Below are positions 39,400-50,360 of a stretch of 64,000 bases of DNA, in pieces (positions within the stretch are counted from its first letter, which is position 1; each line of letters starts with the position of its first letter). A model generated the notes under the pieces. The model was not told where the DNA came from, made no database searches, and saw only the letters and a list, made by a program, of their open reading frames with translations. Where the stretch lies: positions 5,677,086 to 5,741,085 of the forward strand of contig NW_002060947.1 in the NCBI RefSeq assembly GCF_000150275.1. Reading direction: 5' to 3'. This DNA comes from Trichoplax adhaerens (Eukaryota > Animalia > Placozoa). The translations under genes were made by a program, and so were the position numbers.

Positions 39400-41165
39400 G
39401 CTACAGTATTTCCCCAACTGCTGTACCGTACAGTACTAGGATAGGAGATTGAGGAGATGCCTTGATCAAGCCACTGAAACAGGAGCACAGATACTCTACT
39501 GTACACTGTACAGTACAGTATCTGCATTTCCAAGCTATACAGCTCAAAGGAAAATTCTTAGCTCACTCTTTCGGACCGAGCTACAGTCCGCAGAAAGGAC
39601 TTCTACAGTAGGATACTGTAGGACAACAAACTTTGCACTGCACAATATACAGTACAGTACTGCAATGCTGTAATACTGTACAGTGTACAGTACTGTACAG
39701 TCATGACTTACTGTACTGTACAGTACAGTACTGTAGCCCTGCAACTCCTTTGGACGGACAGACATTTGGCCTGCTTTGGTCAATACATTGTGTCAAATAC
39801 TCCATTTTGACAGTACTTTAGTATCGCACTAGTCGATTCTGGAGAGACTGATTTTTTCTACTGACAGTAATCCATGGACTACTACTGTAGTAGTGTACTG
39901 TAGAGTCTACACTGCAACTCCTTTGGACGGACAGACATTTGGCCTGCTTTGGTCAACCCATTGTGTCAAATACTTCATTTTGACAGTACTTTAGTATGGC
40001 GCCAGTCGATTCTGAAGAGACTCATTTTTCTACTGACAGTAATCCATAGACCACTACTGTACTGTAGAGTGACTGCAACTCCTATGGACGGACATACATT
40101 GGACCTGCTTTGGTCAATCCATTGTGTCAAATACTCCATTTTGACAGTACTTTAGTATGGCGCCAGTCGATTCTGAAGAGACTCATTTTTTCTACTGACG
40201 GTAATCCATGGACTACTACAGTCGACCTGCAACTCCTTTGGACGGACAGACATCGGGCCTGCTTTGGTCAATCTATTGTGTCAAATACTTCATTTTGACA
40301 GTACTTTAGTATGGCGCCAGTCGATTCTGACTGAATAGACTCATTTTTTCTACTGACAGTAATCCATGGACCACTACAGTACTGTAGAGTGTAGACCTGC
40401 AACTCCTTTGGACGGACAGACATCGGGCCTGCTTTGGTCAATTCATTGCGTCTACAACTCTACATTGTGTCCATTTTGACAGTACTTTAGTATGACGCCA
40501 GTCGATTCTAAAGAGACTCATTTTTTCTAAATGAAGTCCTATTCCATTGCCTGTTACTAAGCTCTGCTTAGAAGCAGTCCATTTAGATGATGAATGTTAT
40601 TGAAATGAATACGAGTGATTTGGAAAACAGAGACGGAAGATCTATCTATACTGAGCAACTCTTTTTGGATATTTTGCGGCCTTGTCTTGTATGAAAAGTC
40701 CGTCCGTCGGAGGAGAGTGGCAGCCGGTCTACTGTAGTATTTTTTCTAGTAGCAGTCGAGAAGGATTCACAGTAATCGTACAGTACGGTACTGTAGACTA
40801 CAAAATGGAGCCATGACAGTACAGTACTGTACAGTACTGTATGTTGACAAGTACTGTATTGTACAGTGAATACGAACAGCCGTATTGAAGGTTCATACTG
40901 GTGTCAATGAGCATGGAGACAAGAAATGGAACACTTTGTTGGAATGATTGTAAAACTAACTACGAACTCTTACTCTCAATTGAAGATTGAATTGATTGTC
41001 AGCAACGCAGTTTAGAACGTAGTACTGTACTACGTACAGTACTTGAATTTAGACTTTATTTGATAGAGTATTTGGTCATTTCCTACGGTAGTACTGCGTT
41101 GTTGATTCAACACTCTACAGTGTACAGTACAGTCGTGCAAGTCGTCTACAGTACACTGTACTCCA
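39400..41165. repeat. TACAG/CTGTA-rich region flanking the 5-copy array, between divergent UBE2A and importin-alpha-like genes
   Basis: Dense pentamers at 39490-39520, 39645-39735, 40775-40870 and 41020-41160. Confidence 0.75.
39740..40530. repeat. Tandem repeat, 5 copies of about 155-172 bp
   Basis: ctgcaactcct(t/a)tggacggaca...ctgctttggtca...cattttgacagtactttagtat...agtcgattct recurs at about 39740, 39912, 40073, 40228 and 40398. Confidence 0.95.
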
Positions 41166-42462
41166 CGTTTCAAGTAGCGTTGGACTCTAGCTTTCAGTTT
41201 GTTGACTGCGCTGGTCGAGCAGACCATACTGAATACTGTCAGGCAATAAACGCTTTCGTCATCTACCCATGCTAATGGCCCATCATGCCTCATGAATATT
41301 TGACGTAAGGACATCCCGCGGCGTTATTCGCTTTCAACAATTTCCATTAAATCAACATCGCTTGCAAATAGTTCAGCAATCGACGAATTTCCATTGATTT
41401 CTAGCCTTTCTCACTGTATATAGAATGCACTTGATCCATACAAACTGACCAAGTAGCGATGGAAGATGAAGAAGAGGTTAGATGCAATCAAGCAGTCAGA
41501 AAAATCCAATGACGCAGTCATGCCGCAGTCAATTAACTGGCCGGCAATCACTTCATTACACATTACTCCTGTTGTATCGCTTTGAATGCTCTCCATTCGT
41601 ACACTACTTTGCCACTCATTTCTGTCTTTCCTAGTGCATCGATCAACTTATTCTACCATGGAATAACAGTTGATGGATTCAGTCTGTTCTTGTAATGCTT
41701 GAACGATCAATTATCACCTAAGAATAGCGTCTAAAATCATTTCAGCCATTGAAAAACTGCCTAGTCGTAAGAGCACTACCCGGCAATCACACTCATCACT
41801 CTCCTTTCATTGTCCAATAGTACACTACTGTACACTAGAATGTCAAATGGAAGGCGTCTTATTCTCTCTTATGCTTAGTGGATAGGATATTCAATCAAAT
41901 CAATGACTACAGTATACTTACTATGCTAAATAGGAACTATTCGTACAAATTGGAATATTCTACTGTAATACTAATTCTTTACTCTCTCTCTCTCTCTCTA
42001 TTTTGGTTTGCAATCCTTTTTGATTGTATTGCTATGAAAAAAAACCCCTTGGAAAAAACAGTTGCAGTTAATGGTAGAGGTAAGCTAATCATGATCGCAC
42101 GATACTAGCCTATACTGCTAAAAGACTAACCCCATTTCAGTAGAATACAACATCATCGGCTTTATCAATACAAACTTTGACTATTCCTTCTGACTCTATC
42201 TACAACTAGTAGTAGAAGTAAAGCAGTGTCAGTCAGTAACGTGAATTCATTATTTTTGCATGCCCCACAATAGCCATTCGCGATAATGCAACCTTGGCTT
42301 TGATCGCAATAATAATTATTCTTATTCTTATATTATTATAATGCAATCAATGATAGCGACCAATCGATAATGATATGTAATAGTTTATTGCCATTTTGCT
42401 TACAATACTTGTAGACAGTATACTGTACATACTCGCACATTTACCCATCAACTCGATCTGTT

Positions 42463-45400
42463 ATGCAGACTCGACATGATCTATGTACTGTACGATCGAG
42501 AACAACTCGGCCAAATGATGATAGGGTAGTCAGTCTATGAACAACTGTTTTTCTATGCACGCCAGTTTTTGTAAATGCGGTTTCATCAACTAATTAACTC
42601 ATGTAAACATTTTGACCCAATATTAATGACCAAATTATAGCTAGTAAGACTGTAATGCTAAGTTGATACGGATATATTGTCATTGGTTATTGTAGAAGAT
42701 ATCCACTCTTGGCGTGACTGCAGATCCAGCAGCAGTCTACGATGTCGTTCAGCACGCAGGGTAGAATTAATTAGCGTTTGTAATCAATGTTATGAATCAT
42801 TGCTTTCCTCATCGCCTTGATAGACATTGAGCTATCATTCACTTGAAAGATAATACCGTTCATAGATAAATAGACACTATATTGACGCTCAGGCAGTAGA
42901 ACAAAACAATCTTAATTTTACCTCCGTTTTGATTTATACGCCATATAGACAACTTTTAACCGCCAGAAGCAGTCCTCCAGTAGAGGCAGCAATAAGGTAT
43001 CATGCAAAGTGGAAAAGACGTATTATTGTCACAATAATGATGGAGATTTTATTATCTCTTGTTCTATTCCATCTTGTTGTTACTCAACCATTTCTATCAT
43101 CATTTACTAATACTATTGTTATATTTTGTTCACTGATTTCATTTCTAGCTGATGTGGTAAAACATTCAAAAATGAGTTGTTCAATTAGTTTAGTGAAGTC
43201 ATGGTAGAACTATCTACAGTACATTCGAGTATGATCAATAATTGATTGATGATAATATTTTGCGTAGTGTGTTACTCGCCTACTGTGTAGGCAGTATAGA
43301 ACCACCCAAATCGCAACCATATTCTATAATTTCACTTCTTACTGTATTTTATGGCATGAATGAAAGATGCCATGCTTGTATAGTATCAACGGCACAGCAA
43401 ACTTATATACCTTCAATTTAAGAAAATTAATAGAAAGGGAACGTAAAGTGTTGTATTGAACAAAATTGAATGGCTCCATGCTTTAGTATGATAATTGTAT
43501 CACACTCTTTTCTTATTGTACTAGGGTTGGTCTGGTCGATAAAACTATAGAATGTTTAAGAGAATCAGATAGGTTAGTGAGATATTACACAGGGCAGTAT
43601 TCTAGGTCTAATATAAATTGACCAAAGTGCAACTGCTACATTAAAAGTTTACAACAATTTATTAGCGATGTTGCATTATTTTCTCCATTGTAGATGTTAC
43701 AGTAATCATTTCCTAAGATCGTTGTATTTTAAAGTCTGCTTAAAAATAAATACTAATAGTAATAGTTGAATTCCAACAGTTACATCCTGTGTTGTTATTT
43801 GATACACTGGTTAGCATGCCTTCCAGCCTGTCATATTTGTAATGACTGTTTCTATCAATATTTTTAATTCTACAGTTCCAAAACACAACACGAAGCAGCT
43901 TGGATCCTCAGCATAATTGCAAGCAGTGATTCACGAGGCCCGAAGGTTATCGTCAACGCAGGTACAAGCTAACAATATATCTACAGTACATTAAATATCC
44001 TGAATTTAGGTTACGTTGATTAAGTCATAGGATCGGCCTAAACACGTTTGCTTTGAAAGCAATCGTAAAATTTTGTATTGAAGATCACTTATTGTACAAT
44101 ATTTGTATTAGATGGTATTCCAGTACTTGTCAATAATTTATCTACTGAATATCCAAATGTATGTGAAAAAGTTGCTCTCGCTTTAGCTTTCATTGCAGGT
44201 CGGTAATATTGTAAATATTAGTTTACAAGATCTATCTACATGATGTACTATGTAAAAATAGTCCAATGCTTAATATATACCGGTCGCCTTATAAAATATA
44301 TATTATGACAAACTTGACAATAGGGGATTGCATTGACTACCGAAATAAAATTATTGATTGTGCTGTAATGACAAAGTTTGATGCTGCTGCAGATGTAAAT
44401 AAGCCGGTAAATTACCAAATTTAAATCTGTATTAAGCTTATAGCACACCTGTAATACATAAAATAAAAAGCAATGCTGCCATTTATACTATCTATATTAT
44501 GATAAATTATATTATTGCATCAAAATCTTTACGATGGTAAAATTAACCTTGTAGGCTTACCAATTAGAAAGTGTAGCGAAATTAATAAATAAGGTTTTAA
44601 GCTATCCAAGTTCCCAATTACCACTTGAGATTGCAAAAAAGGTAGCGTGTTCACATACATTAGGACAATTTTTCGATGATTAATACCTAAATTAATGTTC
44701 AAACCCTTTCTTATCTTCAAGATTTCGTTTATTTACAATTTCTTGATACAACTATGATTTTTCTAGTTAACGGTTTACATAGTTGAACTCTTGGACCAGG
44801 AAATATTGACGGTTGGTCATTTAGGCTATCACTTTATGCTTTTGATCATATTTATAAATTTTATTTACGAAAAATCAATATATATTTATCAAATACAACT
44901 TAAACAATAACAAAATGTAATAATGTTCAATACTAACACGAATAGGTACAAAGTAGTCTAGCTGGAGCTGCATATTATCTGACTAGGAATGACAATCCGT
45001 CATATTTACAGGTTTCTACTAGGGTTTCGTCCATCCTAAATAAGTTTGTTTAACGGATTATTTACGGTAAAGTTTGGGTGGTTTAAGATATATTTTTTAT
45101 CGTATAGGTTGCTGTGACGTCAGGGTTGTTAGAAAAAGTGGTAAAATTGTTATCGAGGAATGATTTAAATGTTCAGGTTTGATAACAATTTAAAGTTATG
45201 TATAAGAAACGCACATTGTTAATGTAAATAACTATGCAATTACTGATTTTGAAATCGATTATACAATAAGCGACTTGCACTTTTATATACAAATACTTAG
45301 AAAGCAGCAATTCGTGTATGTCAAAATGTCTCAAGTTCCGATTATAGCCGCTTTACACAAGTATGAATGGCGCATATAGTTATAATATCATTACTGTGTG

Positions 45401-46790
45401 TGATGTTTTATACTGGATAATCTGGGTCTAGTTTAATTCATTTCTATTTTTTATACATTCTTTAGGCTTTAATTGATTGTAATGCACAAGATCATTTCGA
45501 GCTGTTGTTAAAGACAAAGGATGTATATATCATATTGGTAAAGGAATCTTTATTTGTATATAATCTAGCTAGCCATTGACGGCGTAGAAGATAAATTATT
45601 TCTATATGCTTGCAGAATCAAGAGCCGATGCATTTTATTTTACTTACATTTACTGTTACAGGACACTATAAAGGTCATTTCCAATATTGCAACTGGTTCT
45701 ATAAACATAAAGCAAGTAAGTTTAAAATTTATGAAAAGATAACTATTCTTGCTGAAGTGTGATAAATTGGCCTGTTTATATTTCAGGTTCTGCTCGATGT
45801 TAAGATTCTTCCCACCGTTTTTGAACAAATTAGAAATGTAAAACCATTTTTAATATTTTTCTAGCACATACAGCATCTTCTGTAACTGTAATAAATGAAT
45901 GGCGTCTTAAAGACTGAGATTGTACATTCTTGGCTATAGACTAGATTAATAAAGGTTTGATTTATTTATCATAATTTAGCCTGATATGCATATCGTAAAA
46001 GAAATTTGTTGGGTAATTGACAATTTTATAACTGGAGCAGCAGAGGATCAGGTTAGTCTCATGGAAAAGGTAGTGTATAATTTTAATTTACCAGTAATGC
46101 CTTACGAATGAGTAACAAACTAACGAAACTGTTTACTTATTATATAGCTTCAACAGCTGTGTGAGATTGGCATCGTTGATTTGCTCTATAGCAGTCTGCT
46201 TATTAAAAATCATATGGTACGACTTCATGTTTATAACTTTGTATGAATTCATGTGAAAAATTTTCAAGTAGTGCGTGCTACTTTGCTATTAATGTAGCAA
46301 TTTTCCAACATTTTCATTAGAAATATTCTCTATTTTTTGAATGCAGATAATAAGGCATTCCCTAGCTGCTCTCTTAAATCTAATCGAGGTAGCATGAAAT
46401 AACCTTTTTGCGTAGTAGTCAACATTGTATAATACACGTGTTACCAATAGTATCGACTGGAAAAGTCATAATAATGTTATGGCATTTTTAGGGAACGCTA
46501 GATGATGATATGAAATTGTCGATATGTACTGATTTCGATGATATAGGAGGTAAATAAGGTTTTCAAATATATCGAAAAGATTGATAGCTCGTATTGGCAA
46601 CTTACATATGTATTTATCGTACTTTTATGTTAATGATAAGTGCTTGAACTTATTTGTTAACTATTGGAGTATTTATTTAGGTTTAATTAGGCTGGAGATA
46701 TTTTTAAGAAGTGAAAGCGACGAAATTAGAATTATGGCAACGACAATTCTTCATGTAATTCAAGATATTTATGGTCAAAATCAACAGTAA
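42463..46790 (+). CDS. Divergent importin-alpha-like ARM-repeat protein, many short exons; start codon uncertain
   Basis: Spliced exons give QLLTARSSPPVEAAIRVGLV, QHEAAWILSIIAS, VCEKVALALAFIAGD, AIRVCQNV, ISNIATG, KEICWVIDNFITG and GGLIRLEIFL, collinear with importin-alpha ARM1-10. Confidence 0.8.
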
Positions 46791-47625
46791 TAACGTTACA
46801 GCAATGATGTTCACTTTAGAGGTGTTATTATCAAATAGCAATAATTATAATATGAATCGTAATATTTATAAACCAATATAGAACTATCCGGCTTGGGTTT
46901 TAAAGTTGAGTCCATTAAGCGCGAGTTTTACTTATTACAATAACGATTAAATCCTGGTGTATCGATTTAGTTATTGTTAAAAATTTTTGATTCTTCTCTA
47001 ATTATAATTCATACATATTCTGATGCGCTAAATGTTTTATATTATTAAATGAAATAAATATAAGAGTAATTGAAATAGCTATTTTTGAAAATGATTGTAA
47101 TAAAGTTGAGTATTTTGTCCACGTATCTTTTACGACTGTTTACTTGTCAGACCGTACTTACTGGCTCATGAATGAAATCTATTTATCGGTCGGTAATATG
47201 TTCTTATCAACATCAATACAATTACGTAGGCAATAATACTATCGATGTAAGTTATATCAGGTTGTGTTTGATATACATAGAGACTATTTTATTGAAGCAT
47301 TATATTAACTAGTAGTACATCATCGCCCACCATTCTATAGGGCTTTAGTGTATTGTGATTTATTACACGCAGAATAAACAGAAGTCAGAAAGAAAATATT
47401 TATTAGCAGATTACTGTTAAACTATTCCGTAAGTAATCATGAATTGATTACACCTTTTTTAAGCAGTTTTAACAAGTTACGATTCTATACCCATTTCTCA
47501 GTACGCTTATATCTTTAACGCAGTATCACAAGCAAAACTATCGTGCGTAGTAGCAGTTACGCTAACATCTACAATACATGGAAATCGCTAGAAAGGAAGT
47601 AAAATAAACATGTCACTAAATTAGC

Positions 47626-47716
47626 AATTAGCTTCGATCAAATAAAGTCATCAGAAGCAAAAACGGCCATATCGGCTGTAGTTTAAGCCCGTCATGTTAT
47701 TCTCTCGAAGCTAATT
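47626..47716 (-). promoter_or_regulatory. SECIS element candidate in the MSRB1 3' UTR
   Basis: Minus strand reads AAUUAGCUUCGA gag AAUAA c AUGA CGGGCUUAAACU ACA GCC GAUAU GGC CGUUUUUGCUUC UGAU gacu UUAUU uga UCGAAGCUAAUU. It has a perfect 12-bp basal helix, an AUGA/GA core and an apical mini-stem. AATAAA lies downstream at 47404-47399. Confidence 0.7.
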
Positions 47717-48130
47717 TCAAATACGAATAAAATTTAGAAATATTTACCATTAGTAATAATATAACCGACTGCTTTATGAATATTACAAGAATATGTATAA
47801 ATTTTAAATAGTTTTAATTTTGTTGCAAACGCTGCAGCTAGTCACTATGCCTATCGTCCTAATAAGACAGCTTATAACAATTTTGAAGTTACATCAGTAA
47901 ACGACGACTTTTCAATCTTGTTTTGTTTGCTAAAAAATGAGCTACTCTTTAAGCCGATAAACACATAGAATAAAACTAGGAAAGAGCGTTCGCGTGTGGT
48001 TCAACTTCATTGTCATACAATTATGTTTTGTTACGTAAAACATATAGTGGATAGCAATCGATTACAAGATATCTATGTGACTGTTAACTATCAATAAAGT
48101 TAAAGTATAAAAAACGGTATTCATTCCAGC

Positions 48131-49753
48131 TTAATTAGCTTTTGGAACGAATTTGAGCGAATTTGAGAATATTCAAAAACGCGATTTACCACCAGGTCCA
48201 TCACGAAGAAATTCGTGACCAAGACCTTGTCCACAGTTACCGCAGGAAACTTTTAGTGCTCCAGGTGATTCTTCATATTTTGATAGGCTATTTTCGGAAA
48301 CTGTTTCAGTGAAAGCAGGCCAAGGTGATGAATGCTCATATTTAGACTTGCTAGGAAATAAGTCATGATTGCACTTTGAGCAGACATATTTGCCTAATGA
48401 CAAAAGATAAAAAAATAGATAAGCATCGCATTTTACAATCATTACCATCCTAAATGATTTTGCGCTGCCTCCAATTGCCTCCACGGGTGTATATTTGGCG
48501 TACATTAATAACGGTCACTTCATATCGATGTTAAGCACCGGATACTTTGTCATGATAATTGACTGAAGACTAGTTCAGGTTTCTTATGTCATCCTGTTGC
48601 ATACAAATAACGTAACTTTGTAAAGGCATTATTCAATTACAGAGATAGCTGGGTTTGGAGTGAAAGGCGATACAAGATCGGCAACCATTCATATTACTTA
48701 TAGAATTAATTCATTGTGTCCTTGTGTAGTCTATTCGATAAGTGTTGCGATATCTTTTGTAAATTACATGCAGAAATGAACGGCTATAATTATGGCGCAG
48801 ATGCCATATCCAAATGTTATGCATTCACGGACAGTACTTTACTGATAAAGATATAGTCAACGGATAACCATACAATTTTTCCGTTTTCATTCCATCATGA
48901 ACTACTACTCTACATTTACAGTGCTGGATGTTTATTTCTAGGTACGAGTATCTCGATGAATTCTATAAATTGTAAGGTAATGAAAATTGGCACAACAGCC
49001 GTGACTGCCGTAGATCTATTTTATTATTGACTCTCCATCCCTAAACGATACCGTTAAGCAGATTTGGATGAACTTGCCACAAATTTTCCATTACTTTGAT
49101 AGATGAAGTAAGGTTACGATAATAACTTTGCTCTCTACAGTAAAGGTAATTTAGTGATTTTACCCATGTAAACCACCTTTTATCCATTCCATTTCACTGA
49201 GCGTGATTGCTTAGTGCCAGCTACAGCTGCTTTGTCAAGTCCTCCCTCCCACATACTACTAGTTCACCGTCAAGAAGGCAAAGTACTGCCTTTTCCTACT
49301 TGACAGTGAAAGGATTGCCATGAAATCATACAACTCCACGATCTACTTGCAGTGCACTACGATCATTAATTATAGATACAGTACAGTATAATGGATGTTT
49401 ATAAACCTTCATAAGTACGCAATGATTTACACATGAGTCTGTACTCCAATTAGAATGGGATCAATTCCACTTTACGGACCAAGCCAAATTCTGAAGCGTA
49501 ACATTACGATGTTACGCTTCAGAATCTTGGTTGGTGCGTGAAATGGAATTGATCGCATTTTCAAGAGAGCAACCGCTCAATGAACAGTAGATGAAGAAAC
49601 GTTGTCCATGATCGTAGGCCGGCAATCGATTGAGAAACCTGTCATGATGATCCATTTGAAAGGATTGAGCAGTATTAAGTCCTATCAACAACATTGTTTC
49701 CTACCCGATTCAAAGTGATCTTTATATTTTTCGCTTCTCCAGCTGCAAAACAT
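48131..49753 (-). CDS. MSRB1: Selenoprotein methionine-R-sulfoxide reductase B1 (SelR/SelX), 2 exons, Sec encoded by TGA at 48175-48173
   Basis: Exon 1 49753-49705 [16 protein letters not shown]. Exon 2 48393-48131 GKYVCSKC...SSPWPAFTE...[12 protein letters not shown]...[17 protein letters not shown]. Homology continues past the TGA as in the MSRB1 RFUIFS.SL.F motif. Confidence 0.95.
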
Positions 49754-49914
49754 GATACGCTCCGTATGACTGATCGATCGATCACAAGATCTTTTCCCTT
49801 GCTTCTTCTTATTGCTCGATCAAGAAATGATCAGCAAGATTATTTTGAAAAATGCGATGGTCCCGAGAGTGAATGGCAGGGACAATCCAGTAACAGGCAG
49901 AGACTTGGAAGACC

Positions 49915-50360
49915 ACTAACAGTACAGTATTGGTCTTACAATCCGTTGGCAGTCCTGGACTGTACAGTACTGTACACTGAGTGAACAGTACATGTACAGT
50001 ACTGTACAGTTCTGTTACAATATCAAGTACTGTACCCTACAGTGCATGAAACCACCATGACTCAACGAAAATGACAGCACCCATGACGTCCCGTTACCGC
50101 TTCAGTCATGGTCAAGTCACTCTTCTGACTGAGAGTCAGTAGTCAGGGTGAATGACGCAACACACCCACAAAGTGAAGCCGCACTTTTGGGCGGTGGCCA
50201 TCTACAGTAGATAGTATTTTTCCACAGTACGTACTGTACTGTACTGTGGAAAATACAAACAAAATACATGTCGTCCAAGTCACCATGTTATAGTGGAAAT
50301 TGAACCTAGTTGGATGACATCTGTTTTACATACAGTACAGGACTGTACTGTACAGTGTAC
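49915..50360. repeat. TACAG/CTGTA island upstream of MSRB1
   Basis: Pentamer clusters at 49958-50045, 50222-50250 and 50330-50360. Confidence 0.75.

Noticed and set aside
39740-40530. CRISPR-like or cassette-like reading of the regularly spaced repeats
   Set aside because: Whole units are duplicated with no unique spacers, there are no cas or integrase genes, and the context is eukaryotic
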